IMG/VR virus record: IMGVR_UViG_3300038406_000217
Location: 1-40,018 of that record
Direction: 5' to 3' (one strand)
Length of the DNA stretch: 40,018 nt
Source of the DNA: a virus
Lineage: Duplodnaviria; Caudoviricetes
Shown here: positions 8,978 through 18,383 of the stretch, piece after piece
Numbering within the stretch: the first letter of the stretch is position 1
How the letters are laid out: the number at the start of each line of letters is the position of its first letter
Translations under genes and position numbers: made by a program
The notes under the pieces: model-generated
Told to the model about the DNA's origin: nothing
What the model saw: only the letters and a program-made list of their open reading frames with translations
Database searches by the model: none

Positions 8978-9363
8978 ACGTCTGGCCCCGGCGGCGGCGG
9001 CGCAAAACCGAACATGCCGGCGGCCCGGTCGTCTCCGAACAGCCGTACCCGGTCACTGTGGCGCACCTCGCGGCTCGTGTGACCGAGCTGCACGCCCTGG
9101 GCTTCACCCGCGCCGAGATCGCCGACCACACCGGCCACGGCTACGCCCACATCGCCGCCGTAGCCGGCCAGCTCGGTCTGCTGTTCACCCGCGACCCGCC
9201 CTACCCGCCGGCGCCGCCCGCCCTACCCGACCGCGACCGGTGGACCCGCTCACCTACCACACCGGCGGGGCCGGTGTGGCGGGCTGCGGCGGCTGTCCGG
9301 CCCGGGTATGCCATCTACCCGCCACGCCGGCGGGCCGGCCCTGGTTTGACCCCAGGGACATGA
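8974..9363 (+). CDS. Hypothetical protein with HTH-like segment
   Basis: RBS GGAGG, ATGA overlap; LHALGFTRAEIADHTG. Confidence 0.55.
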   Translation: MNVWPRRRRRKTEHAGGPVVSEQPYPVTVAHLAARVTELHALGFTRAEIADHTGHGYAHIAAVAGQLGLLFTRDPPYPPAPPALPDRDRWTRSPTTPAGPVWRAAAAVRPGYAIYPPRRRAGPGLTPGT

Positions 9364-9375
9364 TCATGACATGAT
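9346..9375 (+). promoter_or_regulatory. Candidate sigma70-type promoter for the packaging/structural operon
   Basis: TTGACC-18 nt-CATGAT with TG extension, upstream of TerS. Confidence 0.5.
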
Positions 9376-9499
9376 GCGGGCACCGCGCCGGAGTGTGCCC
9401 GCATCCAGGCCCCGCGCGTCGCACCCGGCCGCTGCCCGCCGGCGGCCGACCGGAAGATCACCAAGGGGCGGGGCGCAAAACCAGACACCGGGGTGAGCG

Positions 9500-9997
9500 A
9501 TGCGCAACCCGCACCCCGGCCACCGGCCCGTCACCGACCACGACCGCGACCAGATCCGGGCGCTACACGCCCAGCACCTGTCCCGCAACCAGATCGCCAA
9601 GCAGCTCGGCCGCTCCACCCACACCGTCACCAAGCTCGCCCGCGAGCTCGGCCTCAGCTTCGACCGGGCCAACAGCCCGGGGCTGAAGGAGGCCACCGCC
9701 GCCCGGGTGGCCGACGGCCGCGCCCGCCGCACCCAGCTGGCGCTGCGGCTGCTCGAGGACGCCGAACGACTCCGGCAGCAGCTGTTCACGCCGACGATGG
9801 CATACAACTTCGGCGGCAAGGACAACACCTACAACGAGCACCAGCTGAACCAGCCGTCGTTCCGGGACCAGCAGTACCTGATGCACGCCATCGGCATCGC
9901 GGTCGACCGGGCGGTCCGCCTCGACGCCTACGACAAGATCGACGAGTCGCTGTCCGGAGTAGACGCCTGGCTCGCCGCCATGACAGGCACCCAGTGA
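9500..9997 (+). CDS. Terminase small subunit (HTH type)
   Basis: N-terminal HTH (SRNQIAKQLGRS); GTGA-coupled to TerL. Confidence 0.7.
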   Translation: MRNPHPGHRPVTDHDRDQIRALHAQHLSRNQIAKQLGRSTHTVTKLARELGLSFDRANSPGLKEATAARVADGRARRTQLALRLLEDAERLRQQLFTPTMAYNFGGKDNTYNEHQLNQPSFRDQQYLMHAIGIAVDRAVRLDAYDKIDESLSGVDAWLAAMTGTQ

Positions 9998-11286
9998 TCC
10001 AGCCGCTGACCGGCAAAGCAGCCCTCAGCGTCAGCCTGGCCACAGCCCGGTACAACATCTGGGAAGGCGCCGTTCGCTCCGGCAAAACCGTCGGCTCCAC
10101 CTTCCGCTGGATGTCCTACGCCCGCAACGGCCCCACCGGCAACCTCGCCATGATCGGCAAAACCGAACGCACCCTCAAACGCAACGTCATCGACCCGATG
10201 ATCGAGCTGGTCGGCGCGAAACGCTGCCGCTACCTCGCCGGCGCCGGCGAGCTGTTCCTCTTCGGCCGCCGCATCTACACCGCCGGCGCCAACGACACCC
10301 GCGCCGTCGAGAAGATCCAAGGCCTCACCCTCGCCGGCGCCTACGGCGACGAAGTCTCCACCTGGCCCGAAAACCTATGGAACATGCTCGGCACCCGGCT
10401 TAGCATCCCCGGCGCCCAGTTCTTCGGAACCTGCAACCCCGCCGGCCCCGTCCACTGGCTGAAGGTCCTACTCGACCAGGCGGCGCTGTGGCTCGACCAC
10501 GACGGCACGGTATCGACCGGGCAGGATAGCGACCCGCTCAACCTGCACCGGTTCAGCTTCACCCTCGGCGACAACCCACACCTAGCCCCGGACTTCATCC
10601 AGGCCTTGAAGCGGCAGTACGCGGGCCTGTTCTACAAGCGGTACATCCAAGGTCTTTGGGTGCCGGCCGAGGGTGCGATCTTCGACATGTTCGACACCAC
10701 CCGGCACGTTGTCGCCGAGCTGCCGGCCATCACCCGATGGATCTCGATGGGTATCGACCACGGCACCCGCAACCCGTTCCACGCCGGTGTGCTCGGCCTC
10801 GGTGTGGACCAGAAGCTGCACCTGGTACGGGACTGGCGTTGGGACTCCGCCCGCCAGCGCCGGCAGCTGAGCGATGCGGAGTACAGCCGTGAGGTCCGGG
10901 CCTGGCTACAGACCGTGCCTATCCCCACCACCGGCCTACGTGGCGTCATGCCTGAGTACACGGTGGTGGACCCGTCCGCGACCGGGTTCCGCGTGCAGCT
11001 GGTCCAGGACGGGCTGCAGAGCATCCTGGCTGACAACGCGGTCCTGCCCGGAATCCGCACCCTCAGCACCCTGTACGCTCTCGACCTGCTCGACATTCAC
11101 GAGTCCTGTACGGAGCTGATCCGGGAGACGATCGGCTACTCGTGGGACGACAAGGCTGCGGCGAAAGGCCTGGATGAGCCGCTGAAGGTTGCCGACCACG
11201 GGCCCGACATGAAGCGGTACGCCGCCCACACCACCCGCAGCATCTGGCGCAGCGAGCTGCGCGAGCGTCTCCACCTTGTAGCCTGA
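9994..11286 (+). CDS. terL: Terminase large subunit (PBSX-like)
   Basis: EGAVRSGKT Walker A, YGDE Walker B, TCNP, DNPHL, GIDHG, VDPSA, DHGPD nuclease motifs; start GTG 9994. Confidence 0.93.
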   Translation: MIQPLTGKAALSVSLATARYNIWEGAVRSGKTVGSTFRWMSYARNGPTGNLAMIGKTERTLKRNVIDPMIELVGAKRCRYLAGAGELFLFGRRIYTAGANDTRAVEKIQGLTLAGAYGDEVSTWPENLWNMLGTRLSIPGAQFFGTCNPAGPVHWLKVLLDQAALWLDHDGTVSTGQDSDPLNLHRFSFTLGDNPHLAPDFIQALKRQYAGLFYKRYIQGLWVPAEGAIFDMFDTTRHVVAELPAITRWISMGIDHGTRNPFHAGVLGLGVDQKLHLVRDWRWDSARQRRQLSDAEYSREVRAWLQTVPIPTTGLRGVMPEYTVVDPSATGFRVQLVQDGLQSILADNAVLPGIRTLSTLYALDLLDIHESCTELIRETIGYSWDDKAAAKGLDEPLKVADHGPDMKRYAAHTTRSIWRSELRERLHLVA

Positions 11287-11300
11287 CCGAAGGAGCCATT

Positions 11301-11618
11301 GTGCCGCCTCTGGAAATCCACCCTCCGACGCCCGGCCGGATCGTGCTGTACCGGCTCACCGATGCCGACGCCAACCTGATCACCCAACGACGTGGGACCG
11401 CCGGACCCGGCAACCCGGTCGCCGCCGGCCAGGCCTACCCGGCCATGGTCGTACGCACCTTCGGCGGCGGCGACGCGGTTAACCTGCAGGTGCTGCTCGA
11501 CGGCTTCGACACCTACTGGGCGACCTCCCGCGAGCAGGGCGAGCCACCCGCCGGCGAAAAGCAGGCGACCCCGGGCAACATCCCGCCCGGCACCTGGTGC
11601 TGGCCCCCGCGGGTCTGA
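11301..11618 (+). CDS. Conserved phage hypothetical protein
   Basis: RBS AAGGAG; PT.GRIVLY...PAMV...VNLQV..DG...W.WPPRV pattern. Confidence 0.75.
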   Translation: MPPLEIHPPTPGRIVLYRLTDADANLITQRRGTAGPGNPVAAGQAYPAMVVRTFGGGDAVNLQVLLDGFDTYWATSREQGEPPAGEKQATPGNIPPGTWCWPPRV

Positions 11619-11828
11619 TCCGGAGCGGCCGGGCCACCATGCTGCCCATAAGGGGAGGCGAGGTCAGGGCAAGTCCAGCCTCCGCCCGCAGCGGGACCGC
11701 GCTGGCCGGCGCCCGGAGCCGAAACTGACCGGGGGCCTTCGACCCTCCCCGCCCTCCAGGAAGGACCCGGGTGCCGTACTGCGGCTGGGCACCCGGGTCC
11801 GCCCCCACCCGGGCCGACTCCGGATCAG
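11615..11828 (+). ncRNA. Candidate structured non-coding RNA between the TerL-adjacent gene and the portal gene
   Basis: 11-bp closing stem 11615-25/11818-28; nested stems 11652-58/11744-50 and 11662-67/11725-30; 13-bp hairpin 11763-75/11788-800; no convincing ORF. Confidence 0.5.
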
Positions 11829-11900
11829 CCTGTATCCCTGACCGACTGACCAGACGTCCACAATCACCGGTCAACATTCACCACCCGCCGGGAGGCAGCC

Positions 11901-13463
11901 ATGCCGCTTCCCGCCGGCGGGAAAACCCCGTGGCCCCCGCAGCACTGCCAGCCGGTCAACCGGCAGCTCGCCACCTGGGCCGCCTGGTACAGCGGCGACG
12001 CCGAGCAACTCCAGGCCGTCTACGGCGGTGACCAGGCCACCGGCGCCGGCGCCGAATTCTTCGCCTCCGAAACCGGCGGGTTCAAACCCGGAGTCCGCAA
12101 GGTCGTCGACGCGGTCCGCCGCTGGTTTTGGGGTACCCGCAACCCCACCGGCCAGCCCCGGCAGCGGCTCCACGTCCCCCTCGCCGGCGACATCGCAGCA
12201 GCATCAGCCGACCTGCTGTTCTCCGAACCACCCACAGTCACCGTCGAGCACCAGCCGACCCAGGCCCGGCTCGCCGAGCTGGTCGACGACGGTGTCCACG
12301 CCACCCTTCTGGAGGCGGCCGAGCTCGCGGCCGCGTTCGGCGGGGTGTACCTGCGGGTCCTGTGGGACCGCAGCCTCCGCGACCGCCCCTGGCCGAACGC
12401 CGTGCACCCCGACGCCGCCGTACCCGAATGGCGGCAAGGCGCCCTGACCGCGGTCACATTCTGGCGGGTCGTCGCAACCCGCGGCCGGATAGTGTGGCGG
12501 CACCTCGAGCGGCATGAACCCGGCCGGATCCTGCATGGCCTCTACCAGGGTGAGCAGGATGAGCTGGGAACGCCGGTGCCGCTGGCCGACCAGCCGGAGC
12601 TCGCCACCCTCGCCACGGCCGTGGACGCCCAGCAGGCCATCGCCACCGGCCACACCGGTCTGACCGCCGTTTATGTGCCGAACATGCGCCCCAACCGGGT
12701 CTGGCGCGGGTCGGCCTACGCGGCGCCGCTGGGCCGGTCCGACTACGCCGGTGTAGAGCCGCTGATGGACGCGCTGGACCAGACCTGGTCCAGCTGGATG
12801 CGTGACATCGAGCTGGGCAAGTCACGGATCATCGTCCCCCGCGCCTACATGCAAAACCAGGGCTCCGGCCGGGGTGCGACCGTCGACCTCGACCAGGAGG
12901 TGTACGAGCCGGTCAACACCCTGGGCGGCGACGAAAAGGGCCTGGAGATTGAGCAGGTTCAGTTCAGTATCCGGGTTGAGCAGCATAGCCAGTCGGTGAT
13001 CGAGCTGAAGACTCAGATCGTCGCCTCGGCCGGCTACTCCGCGCAGACGTTCGGCCTGACCGGGGAAGTCGCCGCCACCGCCACCGAGGTGGCCGCCCGC
13101 GAACGCCGGTCGCTGATCACCCGTGACCGGAAGATCCGCTACTGGCGGCCCGCGCTTGCCGAACTGCTGCACGCCCTGCTCGCCGTCGACAAGGCCGTGT
13201 TCGGTTCGCAGGTGGCGCCTACCCGGCCGGCCGTCGAGTTCGCCGACGCGGTCTCCGTCGACCCTGAGGCTGAGGCGCGCACCCTCCAAACGTTGCACGA
13301 AGCCCAAGCGATCTCCACCGAACAGAAAGTCCGGCGGCTTCATCCCGACTGGGATGATCCGAAGGTCGCCGCTGAGGTGGCGCGGATTCTGGCGGAGACC
13401 GGGCAGGCGGTTGAGAACCCGGACACCTTCACCGGCAACCCGCCGCCTCCGCCGCCGGGGTAG
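11901..13463 (+). CDS. Portal protein (SPP1 gp6-like)
   Basis: RLHVPLAGDIA..SADLLF, YVPN, LGRSD, GYS.QTFG motifs; RBS GGAGG; synteny. Confidence 0.9.
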   Translation: MPLPAGGKTPWPPQHCQPVNRQLATWAAWYSGDAEQLQAVYGGDQATGAGAEFFASETGGFKPGVRKVVDAVRRWFWGTRNPTGQPRQRLHVPLAGDIAAASADLLFSEPPTVTVEHQPTQARLAELVDDGVHATLLEAAELAAAFGGVYLRVLWDRSLRDRPWPNAVHPDAAVPEWRQGALTAVTFWRVVATRGRIVWRHLERHEPGRILHGLYQGEQDELGTPVPLADQPELATLATAVDAQQAIATGHTGLTAVYVPNMRPNRVWRGSAYAAPLGRSDYAGVEPLMDALDQTWSSWMRDIELGKSRIIVPRAYMQNQGSGRGATVDLDQEVYEPVNTLGGDEKGLEIEQVQFSIRVEQHSQSVIELKTQIVASAGYSAQTFGLTGEVAATATEVAARERRSLITRDRKIRYWRPALAELLHALLAVDKAVFGSQVAPTRPAVEFADAVSVDPEAEARTLQTLHEAQAISTEQKVRRLHPDWDDPKVAAEVARILAETGQAVENPDTFTGNPPPPPPG

Positions 13464-13466
13464 CCG

Positions 13467-15359
13467 GTGCCCACCGACCCGAACCTGGCCGAACGCCTCG
13501 CAGCCGACCTGGTCGACCTGTACACCACGGTGGAGACCCGGCTGGCCACCGACATCGCCCGCCGGCTCGCATCCGGCCTCGACCGGCCCGACTGGGCCGA
13601 ACGGAAACTGGCCGAGGTGGGTCGGCTGCGCCGCTGGGCGCAGAACCTGACCGGCCGGCTCGAGGGGCAGCTCGGTGAGCAGGTCGGGCAGACGCTGACC
13701 CTGGCGTACATGCGCGGCGGCGCGGCCGGGCTGGCCGAGGTAGCCACGTTGCAGTCCACCCACGCCGACTGGATCGACCTGGCCGGCCTCACCCGGATGT
13801 CCGATCGGCTCCGTGCCGCGGTCGCCACCCGGCAAGGGCTCCTCGCCGCCGAGCTGGCAGACCTGCGCACCGCCCTACCCGGCATCGACGCCGTTCAACG
13901 CTTGCAGTTCAGTCTCACGGCGAAGCTGCGGGGCACCCACCTGCGGATCACCCGCTGGGCTGAGGACGCCTACCGGCAGGTGGTCGGCCGGGCCGCCCCC
14001 GACGTGCTACTCGGCCTGGCCACCCGCCGACGCGCCACCCAGGTCGCCTGGGAACGGCTACTCGAGCAGGGTGTGACCGGGTTCGTCGACCGTGGGGGGC
14101 GCCGGTGGAATCTCGCCTCCTACGTGGAGATGTCCACCCGCACCCATGTTGCCCAGGCCGCGGTCGAAGGGCACCTGGACCGGCTCGCCGCCGCCGGCCT
14201 CGACCTGGTCATCGTCTCCGACGCACCCCAGGAGTGCCACCGGTGCCGCCCCTGGGAAGGTGAGATCTTGACCCGGTCCGGCGGCGGGCAGACCGTGATT
14301 AGCCGGGAACACGCCACCGAAGACGGGCACACCGTCAAAATCCAGGTGGCGGGCAGTGTCGATGACGCGGTCCGCGGCGGGCTGCTACACCCCAACTGCC
14401 GGCACAGTCTCAGCGCCTACCTGCCCGGGGTCACCAAGCAGCCCACCGGCACCGCCGACCCGCAAGGTGACGCCGACCGGCAGCGGCTGCGGACCCTGGA
14501 ACGACAGGTCCGCCGGGACAAGCTGCAAGCTGCGGGGGCGCTCACCCCGCAGGCGCAGGCGGCCGCGCGCGGCCGCGTACGCGCCGGGCAGGCCTCGATC
14601 CGCGACCACGTCGCATCGTCCAGCGTGTTCCGGCAGCCGCACCGGGAACAGATCAACCTCGGGCACAGCCCGCCAGGGCTTCGCCCCACCCGCCCCACCA
14701 TCCCCCCGCCGGCGCCGGCGCCGCAGATCGCGCAGGTCGCCCTCACCCGTACGGAAGTCCGGCAGGCTGTCGAGGCCGAGTTGTCACGGCAGAGCAGCAT
14801 CGCACCCCAGGCCGCTGGCCGGCTTCGGCGGGTCAGCCAGGACTGGGACCACGACGCCGACGGAACCCTGGCATACTTTGACCGGAGCTTCGCCGAGATA
14901 CACCTGCACCCCGACTGGTCATCGCCGGCCGCGCCGTTGAATGAGGCATCGGTGCGAATGTCGACATCCAGCGGCTGGTGGACCCCCAGCGGTGCGGCCG
15001 GTCCGCTACAAACCGTGGTGGCGCACGAGTATGGGCATCACATCACGGTGGAGATGTTCCGGGTGATCACGCCCGGAGGCGCTCGGCGGCTGCTGGAAAC
15101 GATCCGTGACCAGCTGGGCATCCCACTGGATGCGCACCTGGACCAGGTGGGGCTTGGGATGGCTGCGGTGATGCGACGCATCACCGCAGCGGTACGGAAC
15201 CACCCCCTGGTGGTCGACCGGGTGTCCGGGTACGCCGCTACCAATGGCAGCGAACTGCTGGCCGAGGTGTGGCAGGAGTACTCCACGATGGGTGACCGGG
15301 CCCGGCCGCACATCCGGGCGATCGGGGACGTGATGCGGGACCTTGCGGAGCAGCAGTGA
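13467..15359 (+). CDS. MuF-like phage minor capsid protein with C-terminal zincin metallopeptidase-like extension
   Basis: GRRWNLASYVEM..RT, C..C.PWEG, GLLHPNCRH; C-terminal HEYGH and SGYAATN..ELLAE. Confidence 0.8.
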   Translation: MPTDPNLAERLAADLVDLYTTVETRLATDIARRLASGLDRPDWAERKLAEVGRLRRWAQNLTGRLEGQLGEQVGQTLTLAYMRGGAAGLAEVATLQSTHADWIDLAGLTRMSDRLRAAVATRQGLLAAELADLRTALPGIDAVQRLQFSLTAKLRGTHLRITRWAEDAYRQVVGRAAPDVLLGLATRRRATQVAWERLLEQGVTGFVDRGGRRWNLASYVEMSTRTHVAQAAVEGHLDRLAAAGLDLVIVSDAPQECHRCRPWEGEILTRSGGGQTVISREHATEDGHTVKIQVAGSVDDAVRGGLLHPNCRHSLSAYLPGVTKQPTGTADPQGDADRQRLRTLERQVRRDKLQAAGALTPQAQAAARGRVRAGQASIRDHVASSSVFRQPHREQINLGHSPPGLRPTRPTIPPPAPAPQIAQVALTRTEVRQAVEAELSRQSSIAPQAAGRLRRVSQDWDHDADGTLAYFDRSFAEIHLHPDWSSPAAPLNEASVRMSTSSGWWTPSGAAGPLQTVVAHEYGHHITVEMFRVITPGGARRLLETIRDQLGIPLDAHLDQVGLGMAAVMRRITAAVRNHPLVVDRVSGYAATNGSELLAEVWQEYSTMGDRARPHIRAIGDVMRDLAEQQ

Positions 15360-15607
15360 CCAGCGTGATGCCGATGCAGTGTTTCGCCTGCACCCGTCTG
15401 CATCTATCGCATGACCCGGACACAGGCACCCAGCGGGCGGCTACCTGCCAGGCGTTCCCCGGTGGCATCCCGCGGGTGATGGCCCTCGGCGGTGATCACC
15501 GCCGGCCGCTGCCCGATGACGGGGGGCTGCGGTTCGTGCAAGCCGAAGGCCAGCAGGCGGCTACGGCGTTCGCTTTCTGGCAGCGCACCTTCGAGGCGCG
15601 GCGCTGA
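15356..15607 (+). CDS. Small Cys-rich protein, candidate partner/immunity for the MuF extension
   Basis: GTGA-coupled; C..C...C.AFP.GIP......H..P.PDD.G..F pattern. Confidence 0.65.
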   Translation: MTSVMPMQCFACTRLHLSHDPDTGTQRAATCQAFPGGIPRVMALGGDHRRPLPDDGGLRFVQAEGQQAATAFAFWQRTFEARR

Positions 15608-15807
15608 GACACGCCCGCGTGGCACCACCCATCTAGACCACCGCCTCCACCTGTCGGGTAGCCAGTCATGCCCGCGTAGCGGCACAGCGTGGATCCGGGT
15701 GGGCCAGGGCAACGGCCGATACGCGGCCCTGGCACAACACAGTTCCGCAAGCTCCGGCCAGGCGCCGGTGCTCACCACACATCCAGCGCGCCCCCAGGAG
15801 GGACCGC

Positions 15808-16740
15808 ATGACCCAGCCCCAGCCCAACCCTGCCCCGGCCCAGCCGGGACAGCAGCCCACCCCGCCGGCCGGCCAGGCGCCCGCCAGCGGCCCTCCGCAG
15901 TACCCGCAGCAGCCCCAGGGGCAGCCGGGCCAGGTGCCCGCACAGCCCACCGGGCAGCCGCCGGCCGGGCAGCCGCCGGCACCGCCGGCGTGGCCGCAGC
16001 CGTACCCGGGCCAGGTGCCCGGACCGTACGGCCAGCCGGCCTACCCGCCGCCCTACGGCCCGCCAGGCTGGCCGTACCCTCAGCCCCAGCCGGGGCAGGG
16101 CTGGCCGGGCCAGGCGCCCGGACAGCCACCGCCGGCTGGGCAGCCGCAGCAGGCGCCACCGGCCGGCCCGCCGGCGCCCAGCTGGACACCACCGCCGCCG
16201 CCCCCACCCGGGCCACCAGCCGGCCCGCCACCGGCCGGGCAACCCGTCACCGGGCCGGCCGGTGGCGACGACCCCGCCGGCGACGGGGGCCGGGACATTT
16301 CCGGCCTGCCGCAGTGGGCGCAGCAGCAGATCACCGCGCTGCGTAAGGAGGCCGCGGACCGGCGGGTCGCCGCCCGCACCGCGACCGTCGGGCAGCACGC
16401 CTACCAGGTGGCCACCCAGGCGGGGGTCAACCCGGCGGCGCTGCTCGGCTCCACCGCCTGGGCGGCCGCGGCCGCCCAGCTCGACCCGAACGCGGCCGAC
16501 TACGGGCAGCGGCTGACCTGGACGGTCCAGTCGCTACTCGCAGCCAACCCGTGGATGGCCACCCCCACCACCCCACCCGGCCAACCCGGGCAACCGCCCA
16601 CGCCGCCGGCGCAGTCCGGCGGCGACTTCGGCGGCGGCACCGGGGCGGGCACCCCCATCACCGAGCAGCAGCTTGCCCAGATGACGCCTGAGGAGATCGA
16701 CAAGGCGCTCACCGACGGCAAGCTGAAGCACCTCCTGTAG
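15808..16740 (+). CDS. Capsid scaffolding protein with long Pro/Gln-rich N-terminus
   Basis: RBS AGGAGG; LP.WAQ..I..LRKEAA..R and C-terminal MTPEEI.KA..DGKL..LL; directly before MCP. Confidence 0.8.
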   Translation: MTQPQPNPAPAQPGQQPTPPAGQAPASGPPQYPQQPQGQPGQVPAQPTGQPPAGQPPAPPAWPQPYPGQVPGPYGQPAYPPPYGPPGWPYPQPQPGQGWPGQAPGQPPPAGQPQQAPPAGPPAPSWTPPPPPPPGPPAGPPPAGQPVTGPAGGDDPAGDGGRDISGLPQWAQQQITALRKEAADRRVAARTATVGQHAYQVATQAGVNPAALLGSTAWAAAAAQLDPNAADYGQRLTWTVQSLLAANPWMATPTTPPGQPGQPPTPPAQSGGDFGGGTGAGTPITEQQLAQMTPEEIDKALTDGKLKHLL

Positions 16741-16773
16741 ACCGGCCAGCGGGCCGGGGAAGGACCACGCACC

Positions 16774-17658
16774 ATGGCAATTCTTCGATTCCGGCCCGAA
16801 ATTTGGTCGGCCCGTCTCCTCGTGGCCCTGCGCACCGCGCTGGTCTACGGCGGGCCGCTGGTCGTCAACCGCGACTGGGAAGGCGAAATCTCCCAGGCCG
16901 GCGACACCGTCCGTATCACCTCCATCGGCGACCCCACGATCGACGACTACGTGGCCAACTCCACAGTGATCACCCCGGAGGAGCTGACCGACGCGCAGCG
17001 GACCCTGGTCGTGGACCAGGCGAAGTTCTTCGCGTTCAAGGTCGACGACGTCGACGCCCGGCAGGCCGCCGGCAACGTCATCACCGAGGCCATGTCCCGC
17101 GCCGCGTACCGGCTGCGTGACACCATCGACCAGTTCATCGCCGGGTTCTACACCTCGGTGCCCGCGGCGAACCAGGTCACCGACGTCACGATCGACTTCT
17201 TCGCGGCGGACGCCGCCGCGCAGGCCGCGGAGTGGCTGAAGTTCTACGACCAGGTGCTGGTGCCGCTGAAGGTCAAGCTGGACGAGGCCAATGTGCCGAG
17301 CGAAGGCCGGTACTGTGTCATCCCGCCGTGGGGGCACGGCGTGCTGCTGCGCGACAACCGGTTCATCGACGCCAGCGCTTCCGGCACCACCGAAGGCCTC
17401 CGCAACGGCCGCGCCGGCCGCGCGGCCGGGTTCGACATCGCCATCTCCAACAACACCCCGTCGCCGGAGGCCAACCATAGCGTGGTCACCGCCGGCACGA
17501 ACATCGCGATCACCCTGGCGGAGCAGATCAACAAGACCGAGGCCTACCGGCCCGAGTCGAGCTTCTCCGACGCCGTCAAGGGCCTGACCCTGTTCGGTGG
17601 CAAGGTCATCCGCCCCGAGGCGCTCGCCCGCTGCATCGTCGACTTCACCACCAGCTGA
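16774..17658 (+). CDS. Major capsid protein
   Basis: FRPEIWS, NRDWEGEI..GDTVRI, F.FKVDDVD..Q, FSDAVKGL..FG.KV.RPE motifs. Confidence 0.9.
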   Translation: MAILRFRPEIWSARLLVALRTALVYGGPLVVNRDWEGEISQAGDTVRITSIGDPTIDDYVANSTVITPEELTDAQRTLVVDQAKFFAFKVDDVDARQAAGNVITEAMSRAAYRLRDTIDQFIAGFYTSVPAANQVTDVTIDFFAADAAAQAAEWLKFYDQVLVPLKVKLDEANVPSEGRYCVIPPWGHGVLLRDNRFIDASASGTTEGLRNGRAGRAAGFDIAISNNTPSPEANHSVVTAGTNIAITLAEQINKTEAYRPESSFSDAVKGLTLFGGKVIRPEALARCIVDFTTS

Positions 17659-17676
17659 TCGGAGATCTGATCAACC

Positions 17677-18045
17677 ATGGCAACCACACAGGTCCCCTAC
17701 TCGGATCTGGTCCCCAACGGGGACCTCACCCAGCCGGCCGGCACCACCCTGGTGGTGGCGCCGACCGACAACATGCAGATCTCCGACGCCGTCCCGGAGC
17801 TGACCGTCCTGCGGGTGGCCAACACCGGTATCGAGCAGGACATCACCGTCAAGGCCGGGCCCAACCCGCCCGCTCTGGCCGGTGGCCTTGGTGACCTGGT
17901 CGTCACCGTGGCCGCGACCACGGGCGTGGAGTTCATCGGCCCGTTCGAGTCCGGCCGGTTCCTGCAGGCCGACGGCAGCATGCTGGTCGAGGCCGAAACC
18001 GACGACGGTGCGATCACCGCGTTCCGCTTCCCCCGGAACACCTGA
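17677..18045 (+). CDS. Putative virion (head-associated) protein
   Basis: RBS GGAG; beta-rich, IGPFESGRF.Q.DG; directly after MCP. Confidence 0.65.
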   Translation: MATTQVPYSDLVPNGDLTQPAGTTLVVAPTDNMQISDAVPELTVLRVANTGIEQDITVKAGPNPPALAGGLGDLVVTVAATTGVEFIGPFESGRFLQADGSMLVEAETDDGAITAFRFPRNT

Positions 18046-18383
18046 TGACCACCGAGGTCGGTTACTTCGTCGGTGAGGGCGGCGGCAAGCCGATCCGCAT
18101 GACACTGCCCCTTCCGAAGCCGATGCAGCAGCAGCTGACGAAGGGGTACCTGCGGCGGGTCAACCAGGACGGCACCCCCTACCGCCAGTACGAGCCGGAA
18201 CCGTCGGCCGAGAACACCGGCGGCGACCGGCCGCCGCCCGCCGCGGAGCCACCGGCGGAGTCCGCGTTGAAGGCGGAGTGGGTCGGGCACGCGGTCCGCG
18301 CCCACGGGCTCACACCCGACGCTGCCGAGGCGATGACCAAGGCCGACCTGATCGAACGGTTCGGCCGCAAACCCGGGGCATAG
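18045..18383 (+). CDS. Hypothetical protein with small helical C-terminal domain
   Basis: TGATG coupling; SALKAEWV...MTKADLIE motif common in post-capsid genes. Confidence 0.65.
   Translation: MTTEVGYFVGEGGGKPIRMTLPLPKPMQQQLTKGYLRRVNQDGTPYRQYEPEPSAENTGGDRPPPAAEPPAESALKAEWVGHAVRAHGLTPDAAEAMTKADLIERFGRKPGA

Noticed and set aside
9493-9993. 167-aa N-terminal extension of TerL in the ORF track
   Set aside because: Overlaps TerS in another frame and is low-complexity; the real start is the coupled GTG at 9994
10660-10672. First 13 nt of spacer 1 (GTGCCGGCCGAGG) match terL, suggesting self-targeting
   Set aside because: The match stops at 13 nt, the sequence is very GC-rich, and the 5' flank is TGG, not a TTN-type PAM; probably chance
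11668-11680. GGCAAGTCC resembling the RNase P RNA GAAAGUCC motif
   Set aside because: The complementary 3' conserved region is missing and the element is too short
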